From positions 1 to 64,000 of IMG/VR virus record IMGVR_UViG_3300026484_000053: 64,000 nt of DNA. The stretch is one strand, 5' to 3'. The position numbers and the translations under genes were made by a program. The notes under the pieces were generated by a model that worked only from the letters and a program-made list of their open reading frames with translations, did not search any database and had not been told where the DNA came from. Positions 29,212 to 38,883 of this stretch are shown one piece after another; position 1 is the stretch's first letter, and the number at the start of each line of letters is the position of its first letter. The stretch is from a virus.

Positions 29212-29988
29212 ATGACAAACAGAAGCAGAAACAGAGAAATAAAGACTATTACAGTAAGAGAATTAAAATTAAAAAGTGCTTGTAAAGATGGAATGCTGTG
29301 GTTTAAAAACAATATAGGATCTCTAGATGTAGATAAATTAGATTATATTAAAGGTGATTATAATAATTACATAAAGTGGCTTAGAGACAATTTTATAGCT
29401 AAAGGTACCAGTACCTACGATGATAGAGGCAATGAATTAACATGCAAAAATTCAAATGGATACAGTTGGACTAGCACATACGATAATAAAGGAAAACAGT
29501 TAACATTTAAAGATTCAGATGGATACAGTTGGACTAAGACATACAATGATAAAGGAAAACAGTTAATATTTAAAGATTCAGATGGATACAGTTGGACTAA
29601 GACATATGATGATAGAGGCAATCAATTAACATACGAAAAATCAAGTGGCATTATTTGGACTAAGACATATGATGATAAAGGAAACCAGTTAACATTTAAA
29701 GATTCAGATGGACGTAATTGGACTAGCACATACGATGATAGAGGCAATGAATTAACATGCAAAAATTCAAATGGAGACAGCTGGACTAAGACTTATGATG
29801 ATAACGGTAATCAATTAACGTACAAGGATTCAAATAGATACAGTTGGACTAAGACATACGATGATAACGGTAATCAATTAACGTTTAAAGATTCAAATGG
29901 ATACAGTTGGACTAGAACTTACAAGACAACAGATAAAGAATTTATACAGACTTTTAATGGAGAAGTAGAAGTTCATATTATATTTTAA
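29212..29988 (+). CDS. 21-aa repeat protein copy 4 (8 repeats)
   Basis: 68 + 8x21 + 22 aa. Confidence 0.9.
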   Translation: MTNRSRNREIKTITVRELKLKSACKDGMLWFKNNIGSLDVDKLDYIKGDYNNYIKWLRDNFIAKGTSTYDDRGNELTCKNSNGYSWTSTYDNKGKQLTFKDSDGYSWTKTYNDKGKQLIFKDSDGYSWTKTYDDRGNQLTYEKSSGIIWTKTYDDKGNQLTFKDSDGRNWTSTYDDRGNELTCKNSNGDSWTKTYDDNGNQLTYKDSNRYSWTKTYDDNGNQLTFKDSNGYSWTRTYKTTDKEFIQTFNGEVEVHIIF

Positions 29989-29997
29989 AGGAATAAA

Positions 29998-31179
29998 TTG
30001 ATAGATTTAATAGACGAAAAATATTTCCTAATGACTACGCCAGCTCAAGAATTAGGCGTAGTAAAATCAGACGACATATCAAGAGCATGCCCTGTTTGTA
30101 GAGAAGGTAAATCCTTAGGTAGAGCGAAAAGAATGCACTTATATACTAAATCCTCTTACGAAGGCAGTGCTATATCATGTTTTAATTGTGGCTATAGTAC
30201 TAATATGTATGTTTACTTAATGGAAAACTACCCTGAAGAATATGTGCTTTATAAGCAAGAGAAGAAGAGTAGTTCATTTAACGAACTTATACTTTCAAAG
30301 CCTAAGAAAAATGTAGAATTACCTGATATGAGCAACGTAGCAAATATATCTTTAGATTTTGGAACAGAAACGTACGACATAGAAGCACCTGAAGTCAGTG
30401 TAGAAACGCCTGAAACGCCTGAAGTTGGTGCTAGTATTTCACTAGACTTTGGAGAGGCTGTTCTACCTATGGAAGATTTAGACGTAGCCTTTGAAGAAGA
30501 TAAGTACAAACCATCTAACTTAAAAGATATATCTATTCTATCAAGCCAAGCAGTTCCTTTGTTAGATAGCCAAAAAGCTGTAGATTGTAGGAATTATCTT
30601 ACAGGTAGAGGCGTTATGCCTAGAAAAGAGTGGCTGTATGTTGAAAATAGCAAAATCCAATTCAATTCAAACGACATTTATATACAAGACTATATAATAA
30701 TACCTTTAATGTTTGAAGATAAAATATATGGGTTTCAGGCATTGGCTTGGAAAGAAAAGAAGTTCTTTGTCTATCTACTAGAAGGTAATACGAGCTGGAA
30801 AGTATGGAATTGGAATAATATAGATAAGTCAAAAACTGTTTATATATTTGAGTCAATATACGACGCAATTAGTTCAGGTTTTGAAAACTGCATAGCGCAG
30901 CTTGGCGCAAATATACATGAAGACAGATTAACTGAATTAGAAAAGCCTGTCTTTTGCCTTGACAACCAAAACGTAGACGCAAAATCTGCAGAAGAATCGC
31001 TTAAATACCTTAAAAAAGGATATAAAGTGTTTTTATGGCCTTCTAAAGTGCCTAATAAAATAAAAGATGCTAATGACTTAGTACGTAATGGCGTATCTGA
31101 AGAAAAGATACAAAAACTTATTGATGTGAATACATATCAAGGAATGAAAGGAATTATAAAATGCCAACTGGAATATTAG
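29998..31179 (+). CDS. gp61: gp61-like DNA primase
   Basis: Zn motif CPVC...CFNC, YIIIPL, TOPRIM YIFESIYDA, LDN, KDAND. Confidence 0.88.
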   Translation: MIDLIDEKYFLMTTPAQELGVVKSDDISRACPVCREGKSLGRAKRMHLYTKSSYEGSAISCFNCGYSTNMYVYLMENYPEEYVLYKQEKKSSSFNELILSKPKKNVELPDMSNVANISLDFGTETYDIEAPEVSVETPETPEVGASISLDFGEAVLPMEDLDVAFEEDKYKPSNLKDISILSSQAVPLLDSQKAVDCRNYLTGRGVMPRKEWLYVENSKIQFNSNDIYIQDYIIIPLMFEDKIYGFQALAWKEKKFFVYLLEGNTSWKVWNWNNIDKSKTVYIFESIYDAISSGFENCIAQLGANIHEDRLTELEKPVFCLDNQNVDAKSAEESLKYLKKGYKVFLWPSKVPNKIKDANDLVRNGVSEEKIQKLIDVNTYQGMKGIIKCQLEY

Positions 31180-31400
31180 AAAACACTAAGAACGAAACGA
31201 ACGAAAAATTTAAACTATCGTTGTTTGTAATATACACCTTATTGTATGAATGTCTCATATGGGGACTTACAGCAAGTGTTATTTACTTCTTACAATGGTC
31301 TGAATGGACTGTTTTAGTAGCAATTATTATGAGCAGTGCCCAACTTACACCTAGACATTTTGGATTGAATTATAAAATTAAAGACAAGGAAACAAAATGA
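31161..31400 (+). CDS. small membrane protein
   Basis: Two hydrophobic segments. Confidence 0.55.
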   Translation: MPTGILENTKNETNEKFKLSLFVIYTLLYECLIWGLTASVIYFLQWSEWTVLVAIIMSSAQLTPRHFGLNYKIKDKETK

Positions 31401-32161
31401 GTTATACAAAACCAATACCAAGAAGAACAAAAGGATCTGGACCTAAAATAATCGTATTTAGCGGTGCAGGATTAGACGCACCGTCAGGAATAAGAACATT
31501 TAGAGACTCAAATGGATTATGGAATGAGTACAAGATCGAGGATGTATGTACAGAGTCGACGTGGAAAAGAAATTTTGAGGTTGTACATTCTTTCTACAAT
31601 GAAAGAAGAGCAGATTTAGCTAATACTCAACCTAACCATGCGCATTATGTACTAAAGGAACTAGAAGAAGAGTATAAAGAAGATTTTATACACGTGACTA
31701 TGAACGTATCTGACTTAATAGAAAAAGCCAGAGGCAGTGCTTTACATGTGCATGGAGACCTTACAAAAATGGAATGTACAGCATGCGGTCATAAGTGGAC
31801 TATTGGATATAAAAGGTTCGATATTGAAAAACACAGATGCCCTAATTGCGATAGTCTTAAAGGCGTTAAGCCATTTATAGTTTTCTTTGGTGGTATTGCA
31901 CCTATGTACACATATATGAGTAGAGCATTTGAGTATGCCAGTCATCCAGATAGTGTATTTTTAATAATAGGTACGCAAGGAAATGTTGTACCAGTCGAAA
32001 TGATGCTTAATTATACGCCGTGTAAGAAATTCTTATTAAATATGGAGCAAAGTGTAGATATTAATGTAAATAAACTAGGTAATTGTACGGCTTATTATGA
32101 GTCTGTAGAAGACAGTATTGATAAAGTACGAGAATATATAGACAAGAACTTTAAGAGATAA
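31397..32161 (+). CDS. Sir2/CobB-family NAD-dependent deacylase
   Basis: FSGAGLDAPSGIRTFRD, PNHAH, HVHG, CxxC...CxxC, KPFIVFFG. Confidence 0.9.
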   Translation: MSYTKPIPRRTKGSGPKIIVFSGAGLDAPSGIRTFRDSNGLWNEYKIEDVCTESTWKRNFEVVHSFYNERRADLANTQPNHAHYVLKELEEEYKEDFIHVTMNVSDLIEKARGSALHVHGDLTKMECTACGHKWTIGYKRFDIEKHRCPNCDSLKGVKPFIVFFGGIAPMYTYMSRAFEYASHPDSVFLIIGTQGNVVPVEMMLNYTPCKKFLLNMEQSVDINVNKLGNCTAYYESVEDSIDKVREYIDKNFKR

Positions 32162-32185
32162 ATAACAATAAACAAAGGAAACGAA

Positions 32186-32464
32186 ATGAAAATATGTAAA
32201 AAAGACGCAGCAATCTACTTTAAAGGTCTAAATTTAGAAATTAAACAAGGTGCAACTTACCAAGACGATTCTGAAATTGTATTAGCTAACGCATCGTTAT
32301 TTGAAGACGTTAAGGTACAGAAAGCTCCAGTTGCTCCAGTAGCTCCAGTAGCTAAAGTAGAACTTAAAGAAGAATTACTTGCAGAAGCTCCAGTAGCTGA
32401 ACTAGAAGTAGAAATCAAAGATGAAGAACTACAAGAAGAAGAGCAAGAAGAAGAAACTAAATAG
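32186..32464 (+). CDS. hypothetical acidic late protein
   Basis: ATAAATA upstream; AAAGGA RBS. Confidence 0.6.
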   Translation: MKICKKDAAIYFKGLNLEIKQGATYQDDSEIVLANASLFEDVKVQKAPVAPVAPVAKVELKEELLAEAPVAELEVEIKDEELQEEEQEEETK

Positions 32465-32465
32465 T

Positions 32466-33134
32466 TTATCTAGCTACTCTCTTAACAGGGTTGTATTTTC
32501 CCTTATCAAAATACGCTAACTGAGAACTTTTGTTCTCTAGTTTAGTCTTAATTAAAAACTGTGTATTTAAGTAATACTCCAGTTTACCATAAGTAGGTAC
32601 CTTCGGACCTCTTTTCAATCCACTATCACTCTCTTTACCAAAATCTAATAATATCCTAGTTTCAGAGATAAAGCCTTTTATATATGGGCTGAAGCATACT
32701 AAAATATCAACACCTCTAGCATGACCCCATTTATAAAATTTTAAGCCACTTTCTCTAGATAGATCTCTTAGTTCAGAATCAGATGTACCTTTAAATACAA
32801 TTACGTTCTTTTTAGATTGCATGTTTCTTAGAGGTACAGGTGCAGTATATTTTTCATACGCTTTATCCATGCCGTCTCTACGCTGTAGTAAGTAATACTC
32901 ATTACTTTCAACTGGTATAAGCGCACTAATGAGAAAATTCATCTCTGTTTTTGAAGCAAATTCGTAGTTAATAAACTTAGGCAAATCTTCAGAATCAATT
33001 TGAATGAACCTGCTAAAAGGTGGTTTAATAAGGATATACTCCTTAAATTCAACTTTATTGTTTCTAGCTGCTTCAAGAAACTCATTGTATTGGTCAACAG
33101 TGTAATAATCGTCTAATGTTATATATTTTATCAT
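32466..33134 (-). CDS. hypothetical protein
   Basis: 222-aa ORF; TATAAATA on - at 33140-33147. Confidence 0.65.
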   Translation of the reverse strand: MIKYITLDDYYTVDQYNEFLEAARNNKVEFKEYILIKPPFSRFIQIDSEDLPKFINYEFASKTEMNFLISALIPVESNEYYLLQRRDGMDKAYEKYTAPVPLRNMQSKKNVIVFKGTSDSELRDLSRESGLKFYKWGHARGVDILVCFSPYIKGFISETRILLDFGKESDSGLKRGPKVPTYGKLEYYLNTQFLIKTKLENKSSQLAYFDKGKYNPVKRVAR

Positions 33135-33179
33135 GTAATTATTTATAACGCAGCGTCATCTTTACACGTATAATTGCAC

Positions 33180-33213
33180 TTTAATACTCTTTTAATACTA
33201 ATTATGATATAAT
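33180..33213 (+). promoter_or_regulatory. early promoter
   Basis: TTTAA-N6-TTTAA...ATGATATAAT. Confidence 0.65.
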
Positions 33214-33239
33214 TATAAAAATAAAATTAAAGGATTAAT

Positions 33240-33527
33240 ATGCACAGCACCCGTAACACAGGTCACATAGGTCGACCTGCACGAGCAGTAAAATATAAGC
33301 TAATTAAAGAAGACTCAATTAACGAGCTTAATGAGTTTGTCAATCAGTTTTTATACGATGGATAGAAATGCCAAGGTGGTGTATCAGTAGTTTAAGGTAC
33401 TGAAACTTCCGCTGGAAGTTTCGAAATTCCATCTTATAAGTACAACGGCACGCCTAGGGTAAAACAGTCATTTATACAGGCGATGATATTTACTGATGGT
33501 GTTAAAACGCCTCAAAAAGAGATATAA
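33240..33527 (+). pseudogene. DUF1737-like small gene with two in-frame stops
   Basis: Reads YKLIKEDSINELNEFVNQFLYDG*KCQGGVSVV*...FIQAMI, with TAG at 33363 and TAA at 33393; promoter and RBS intact. Confidence 0.6.
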
Positions 33528-33563
33528 CAAACAATTAAATTTAAAATTAAAGGAAAGAACAAT

Positions 33564-34037
33564 ATGACAGAACACGAAAAACAAGAAAGAGCAATGGCTG
33601 GATTACAGTTTGCTCTTAAAAAGGCAAGCTTTGAAGTGGCTACATTAATGCTAACTGCAAAGATGCCATTCTTCGTTATTATAGACAGAGATTGCTATAA
33701 TACTATACTTGATGAAGATATAGTAGAAGATTATCCACGAATGATGAAAATAGAGATAGATGGCGACACTCTGCATAATTCTTATATGGAAAACGATAAG
33801 GTAATGGTAATCAATACATATTTTGGCGACGATTCATACAGCATTAAAATACAATTTGAAAATGTATTAGGATTATATGCAGGATCTGATGAACTATTAG
33901 TAGCCGTTCCTTATTTTGAACATCAGGCTTTAATTACTGAAGAAAAAGAACTAGCAAAGAACATGTACAGCATTCAAAAAGCAAAAAGTTTTGAAGCTTT
34001 TAGCAAGCATAATGACTTAAGCAAATTCAAAATATAA
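33564..34037 (+). CDS. SspB-like protein (possible ClpX adaptor fold)
   Basis: PFFVIID...NSYMENDKVMVINTYFGDD..SIKIQFENVLGLYA parallels SspB PHLVVD...NLELANDEVRFNARFGG..QVSVPLAAVLAIYA (recalled). Confidence 0.4.
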   Translation: MTEHEKQERAMAGLQFALKKASFEVATLMLTAKMPFFVIIDRDCYNTILDEDIVEDYPRMMKIEIDGDTLHNSYMENDKVMVINTYFGDDSYSIKIQFENVLGLYAGSDELLVAVPYFEHQALITEEKELAKNMYSIQKAKSFEAFSKHNDLSKFKI

Positions 34038-34058
34038 ACGGTAAATGGTAAACGGTAA

Positions 34059-35174
34059 ATGGTAAAAGATATGAATAAGCAAAGATTTATAAACATGGGA
34101 AGTATTGGGAAATTCAGTGCAGTAGTTAAGAACTTATGTTACCAGGTAGACTACGATGGTAAAGATGAAGAAGGTAACGCTAAGTACTCTTACAAGGAAA
34201 GACCAGTACTTAAGGCGATTGCTACTGAGAAAATACATGGTACTAATATGGCAGTTTGTTATAACGCAGATAGTGGATTTTATGTTCAATCAAGAAAGAA
34301 TATAATTACTCCATTACAGGACAATAACGGCTGTGCGTTCGTTGCAGAGTCTAAAAAAGATGTATGGATGCACATTATCAATGCTCTAGCTGTAGAATAC
34401 AACGTTAATTTAGATACCCATATACTTACTATATACTCAGAATGGTGTGGTGGAAACATTCAACGTAACTCATGCGTATCTGGGCTTGATAAAAGAGCAA
34501 TTATGTTCCAATATTTTAAAGTAAGTCCTTTAGTGCAAGACGAAGAAAATCCAGAAGCAGCAATCTGGTTAGAGACTAGAACAACGCAAGGTTCAATGGG
34601 TAAAGTTTGGGAAGGTAACGCAGACGAGAACATTTTTAATGTTATGGATTTTGAGTATCACGTTATAGAGGTAGATTTTAACAAGCCAGAAGTAGCGCAA
34701 AATTCTATGATTAAACTATTAAAACAAAATGAACTTAATTCACCTACAGCTAAGGCATTTGGTATAGACAAGAATATCTTAGAAGGATATGTTTACACTA
34801 CAATGTTTGAAGGACAACGATACGTTTGGAAAGTAAAGGGAGAAGAACATTCAAAGTCTAGTGGTAAAGTTAAAACTCTTAAAGTAATAGATGAGAAAGA
34901 AGAACAGCTAAAAAGCCACGTAGCGCAAAAAGTAGTGCCTGGATGGAGATTAATGCAAATGTACCAAGAAATTATTAATTCTACATACAACGGTGATGAG
35001 AAGTTACTTAGTATGAAAGACATTGGTATTATGCTAAAATTAGTTAACCAAGATATTGTTAAGGAAGAACTAGATGTCTTAACAGAATCTGGATTTGAAT
35101 TCAAGCACATAAGCTCTTATACTTCTAAGATTATTAAAGCTTGGTTTATCGATAAGATTAATAATAATTTTTAA
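34059..35174 (+). CDS. RNA ligase, Rnl2 family
   Basis: TEKIHGTN motif I, EWCGGNIQ, EGYV, WKVKGE. Confidence 0.88.
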   Translation: MVKDMNKQRFINMGSIGKFSAVVKNLCYQVDYDGKDEEGNAKYSYKERPVLKAIATEKIHGTNMAVCYNADSGFYVQSRKNIITPLQDNNGCAFVAESKKDVWMHIINALAVEYNVNLDTHILTIYSEWCGGNIQRNSCVSGLDKRAIMFQYFKVSPLVQDEENPEAAIWLETRTTQGSMGKVWEGNADENIFNVMDFEYHVIEVDFNKPEVAQNSMIKLLKQNELNSPTAKAFGIDKNILEGYVYTTMFEGQRYVWKVKGEEHSKSSGKVKTLKVIDEKEEQLKSHVAQKVVPGWRLMQMYQEIINSTYNGDEKLLSMKDIGIMLKLVNQDIVKEELDVLTESGFEFKHISSYTSKIIKAWFIDKINNNF

Positions 35175-35221
35175 TGTTCCTTTAATCTCTTTGTGTTATA
35201 ATTATATATGATAAACACTTA
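35170..35221 (+). promoter_or_regulatory. early promoter; 35181-35221 is 40/41 identical to 51248-51288
   Basis: Direct comparison. Confidence 0.75.
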
Positions 35222-35298
35222 TACAACAGCATCAACAGCATCAACAGCTACAACAGCTGCGTAAGATTTTATTAAAATTTAACACAAAGAGAGACAAA

Positions 35299-35622
35299 AT
35301 GGAAAAAGAAATTAAACACGTATTAACAACTTACAGTGCTTTAACAATACAAGAACTTAAAGACAAAAAACAAAGTACAATTGCAATATTAAGCCGTTGT
35401 AACGATGAGCTAGAAATAACAATACATTTAAGAGAAAAAATGATGAAAGACGTGTCAAATTATACTAATAGAGAATTCGATCTTATTTTTGCTGAAGCAG
35501 ATAGACTAAGCATGGAAAATCTTAAGTTACAAATGATAGTACTAAACAGTGATAGAGCTATACAAATTAAATCAAACGAAGTTAAATCAAACGAAGTTAA
35601 ATCAAACGAAGAAGGAAAATAA
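35299..35622 (+). CDS. hypothetical protein
   Basis: C-terminal SNEVK stutter. Confidence 0.6.
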   Translation: MEKEIKHVLTTYSALTIQELKDKKQSTIAILSRCNDELEITIHLREKMMKDVSNYTNREFDLIFAEADRLSMENLKLQMIVLNSDRAIQIKSNEVKSNEVKSNEEGK

Positions 35623-35914
35623 CATGGCACACGCAAACGTAAGTGACGTAAAACAAGAGCACAAAGAAATCGATAAAGAAACAAGAGCTGGTACAACTGC
35701 AATTTATAACAATAACAAGAGAGTAGAAGAAATAAGAGAATGTTTTACAGATAGAACTCTTCCTGCTAAAGTGTTAGACTTTATATTTTCTGGTCCTGAT
35801 AACGATCAAGAATCTCCAATTGAAATTGCTTTAAAAGAAAATAAAGCTAAAAAGCAAAAAGAAGCTGAAGCTGCTAAAATTGCTTTAAGCGAAAAATACA
35901 AATCTCAGGATTAA
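35549..35914 (+). CDS. hypothetical protein (start probably 35623)
   Basis: AAGGA RBS before MAHANV. Confidence 0.55.
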   Translation: MIELYKLNQTKLNQTKLNQTKKENNMAHANVSDVKQEHKEIDKETRAGTTAIYNNNKRVEEIRECFTDRTLPAKVLDFIFSGPDNDQESPIEIALKENKAKKQKEAEAAKIALSEKYKSQD

Positions 35915-35917
35915 ATT

Positions 35918-36367
35918 ATGAATGACTTATTACATACGTCACCTAGCTTGAAAAAAGAAAGAATCGACACGTATTTTATGGAACATGCTAAATTAGCATC
36001 TACTATGAGTTACTGTAAAAGAAATCTTGTTGGATCTGTTATTGTTAAAGATAACAGAATTATATCTGAAGGTAGAAATGGAACTGTTGAATCTTCAGAT
36101 AATTGCTGCGAAGAATCTTATAATGGAGAGTTTATTACTAAAAATTCAGTAGTGCATGCTGAAGCTAACGCTATCTTATTCGCTGCTAGACATGGTATAA
36201 GCACACTTGGTTGTACGATTTACATTACTCTTAGTCCTTGTATGGAGTGTGCTAAAATGATTATTCAGTCAGGCATTAAAAGAGTAGTTTATAAAGATGA
36301 TTATAGAGATCTTTCAGGAATTGAGTTCCTTAAAGAAAACAATATAATACCAGTGAAGTTAGGATAA
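35918..36367 (+). CDS. dCMP deaminase
   Basis: HAEANAI and PCMECAK zinc motifs. Confidence 0.92.
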   Translation: MNDLLHTSPSLKKERIDTYFMEHAKLASTMSYCKRNLVGSVIVKDNRIISEGRNGTVESSDNCCEESYNGEFITKNSVVHAEANAILFAARHGISTLGCTIYITLSPCMECAKMIIQSGIKRVVYKDDYRDLSGIEFLKENNIIPVKLG

Positions 36368-36374
36368 AGACATA

Positions 36375-36980
36375 ATGCAAGAAGTACAAGAAACGCATGA
36401 AGTACAAGAAGTACAGGAAACGAAATTGCATAATTCTATTCTAAATTACGAAGGCAATTTTGTATCGTTAGAAACAGTGCAATACACGCAAGATGGAATA
36501 GATAAAGAGTGGGAATGCGTTAAGTCTATGGATTCAGTTCATATAGCTGTATTTGATGAAGACGCAGAGATATTCTATTTAGCTAAACAAGTTAGAATAC
36601 CAGTTCTAGTTAACGACTCGTCTAACGATGGTATTGTTTACGAATTATGCGCTGGTTGCGTAGATAAAGACAAGAGTATTGAAGAAATTGCACAAGAAGA
36701 AGTACAAGAAGAACTTGGTTTTGACGTACCGTTAGACAAATTAATGTATGTTAAGTCTCTTAAATCTTCTGTAGGTACATCAGGTAGTACATCTCATTTA
36801 TTTTCTTGTAAAGTTAATTCTAGCATGAGAGTAAATGCAGGTGGTGGTACAGAACACGAAAATATTGAAGTACACGAATTACACTTTGAAGACTTTGACC
36901 AATTCATGTGGAACTCAGATGTACACACAGACGCTATAACTATGATGTCATTATGCCAGTTCAGATATGAAAAATTGTAA
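36375..36980 (+). CDS. Nudix hydrolase (NDP-sugar/ADP-ribose pyrophosphatase-like)
   Basis: AGCVDK...IAQEEVQEELGF Nudix box; QVRIPV; GGG..ENIEV. Confidence 0.88.
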   Translation: MQEVQETHEVQEVQETKLHNSILNYEGNFVSLETVQYTQDGIDKEWECVKSMDSVHIAVFDEDAEIFYLAKQVRIPVLVNDSSNDGIVYELCAGCVDKDKSIEEIAQEEVQEELGFDVPLDKLMYVKSLKSSVGTSGSTSHLFSCKVNSSMRVNAGGGTEHENIEVHELHFEDFDQFMWNSDVHTDAITMMSLCQFRYEKL

Positions 36981-36989
36981 AGGAATAAA

Positions 36990-37925
36990 ATGCCACATGA
37001 AACCCATGAAACCCATGAAACCCAAGAAGAAACTAAATTAGTCTATGCTAAAAATATTATTTACTCAGTTACTGATATTGAATGGCAGTATTTAGACATC
37101 GATTATAGTAGTAATAAGTCTGATTACAAGAATGATGTAACTAAAGGTACTAAGTACGGAGACGAGTTATTAAAATGCTTTAAGTACGCATATAAGAAAC
37201 ATGATAAGAAACATCCAGTAATAATTACTCAAGCACAGTCAGGTCATATTAAAGCATACGATCCTATATTTACTATAGAATCTATAGACCAATCTGAAGC
37301 TAATAAGTTCAGAGATTATTTAGTATCGTACGTTAACAAGGTAGGAGATATCATTACTCATGACATTTGTAATGAATATGCATATGCATTTGACTATTCA
37401 GAAAACACGATTAAAGCTAATGACTTAAAGATGAATCTAGACAATGGTGAAGATAAAGCTGTTCTTAAAGAAATTCGAAAGTTCGAAAAATACGACGCTA
37501 AAGACTTAAACATAGAAATTGATGCTGTAAATATAGCTGCTTGTTTAGATATGTGCGTTAGACCAGGCAGTGATATTAGAGATGCTCTTGAATCAATTAA
37601 TAATTTAAAAGTAACTTATGTTTGTAACTTCGATGGAAAAGCTAAAGAGTATAAAGACGTAATTAAAGACATTATTAGAGTTATTAAACAATGCAGCATT
37701 AAAGTTATTGTAGTAATGAAAGTTACTCCTAAACTTTTTAATAAGATTAGTACTAAAAAGAAGTTAGTTAATTTAACTTCTGAAGCTTCAGAACTTGGAG
37801 TTAATGTAGTAGAAAATAATACTAATTTCAGAACAAAGCTAGTTAAGTGCACGTACGAAGAAAAATTTGATAACTTAATTGGCACTAGAGACGTGTCGTT
37901 TGATATAAAAAATATAAAGGAGTAA
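36990..37925 (+). CDS. hypothetical protein
   Basis: 311-aa ORF with RBS; HET stutter. Confidence 0.65.
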   Translation: MPHETHETHETQEETKLVYAKNIIYSVTDIEWQYLDIDYSSNKSDYKNDVTKGTKYGDELLKCFKYAYKKHDKKHPVIITQAQSGHIKAYDPIFTIESIDQSEANKFRDYLVSYVNKVGDIITHDICNEYAYAFDYSENTIKANDLKMNLDNGEDKAVLKEIRKFEKYDAKDLNIEIDAVNIAACLDMCVRPGSDIRDALESINNLKVTYVCNFDGKAKEYKDVIKDIIRVIKQCSIKVIVVMKVTPKLFNKISTKKKLVNLTSEASELGVNVVENNTNFRTKLVKCTYEEKFDNLIGTRDVSFDIKNIKE

Positions 37926-37930
37926 ATAAG

Positions 37931-38233
37931 ATGAAGAAAATAGAAGATAAAACTAGAAACGCTAACAAAGCAATTAAATACTATCTAGAAACACTTATAG
38001 CTGAATGTAAAGAAGCTAGAGATGAAGTAGAAAAACAAGCTTGTAACTGCATAATAGCTAAGCTAAAGGATATTAAGAAAAGAGGCGTTAGAGAAGATGG
38101 TGAAAGAATAAGAAATTACATTGATACTCTTAAAGTAAAAATGCAAGCATCGCTTAGTAGTAGTGATTATCAGATTTACAAAGGTGCTAGACAAAAGTTA
38201 AAGCAAATTGTAAAACAACTGATTAAAGGATAA
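37931..38233 (+). CDS. hypothetical protein
   Basis: AAGGAG RBS. Confidence 0.6.
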   Translation: MKKIEDKTRNANKAIKYYLETLIAECKEARDEVEKQACNCIIAKLKDIKKRGVREDGERIRNYIDTLKVKMQASLSSSDYQIYKGARQKLKQIVKQLIKG

Positions 38234-38236
38234 TAG

Positions 38237-38575
38237 ATGCCATTAACAAATATATTAGGTGCAGGTGATTTAAGTGGGAAAAGAAATGTAAGAAATACAA
38301 TATTAAGATTTGGAAATGAAGATATAAACGCGATTATACGAGAGTTAGAAGTAATTAATCTTACAGGTCAATTACTTCATATTAAATCTAACAAGGATTT
38401 AGTACTTAAATTCTTTAAGGATTACATTAAATATAATCCTGAGCGTAAAGTATTTTCAACGAATAGTGAAGACAGGTATGATATTGCATTGAATATTAAC
38501 GAGCTAATTGAGCAAGTACCATTCGGATTAGTTGAGTTATTAACTCCTGAAGACGTAAATAAAAGTCATTTGTAA
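38237..38575 (+). CDS. hypothetical protein
   Basis: Operon position. Confidence 0.6.
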   Translation: MPLTNILGAGDLSGKRNVRNTILRFGNEDINAIIRELEVINLTGQLLHIKSNKDLVLKFFKDYIKYNPERKVFSTNSEDRYDIALNINELIEQVPFGLVELLTPEDVNKSHL

Positions 38576-38627
38576 TGACAGTAGCAGTAACGGCAGTAAC
38601 GGTAATAACGGTAATAAAGGCATTAAA

Positions 38628-38852
38628 ATGAATACGCACAGAGCGCACAGAGCACCAAGTAAAACGCAGCAAGAAATTAAATTTGCGCATGATAATAAAG
38701 TAGCAAATAGAGAATATAATATGTCTTATGAAGAAATTGCTAAAGAACTTAATATTACAGTAAGCGAAGTACAAATAGCTGAAAAATCAGCTATGAAAGT
38801 ATTTAAGCATCCAGTTAACGGTAATCTTTTAAAAGATTACCTGTCTATGTAA
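38628..38852 (+). CDS. small HTH protein (sigma region-4-like)
   Basis: MSYEEIAKELNITVSEVQIAEKSAMK. Confidence 0.7.
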   Translation: MNTHRAHRAPSKTQQEIKFAHDNKVANREYNMSYEEIAKELNITVSEVQIAEKSAMKVFKHPVNGNLLKDYLSM

Positions 38853-38883
38853 ACGCATAAATAAAAATAAAGAAAGGACATAT

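Noticed and set aside
33363-33395. Stop-codon reassignment (TAG or TAA read as sense)
   Set aside because: Conserved genes are uninterrupted and end in both TAG and TAA under the standard code.
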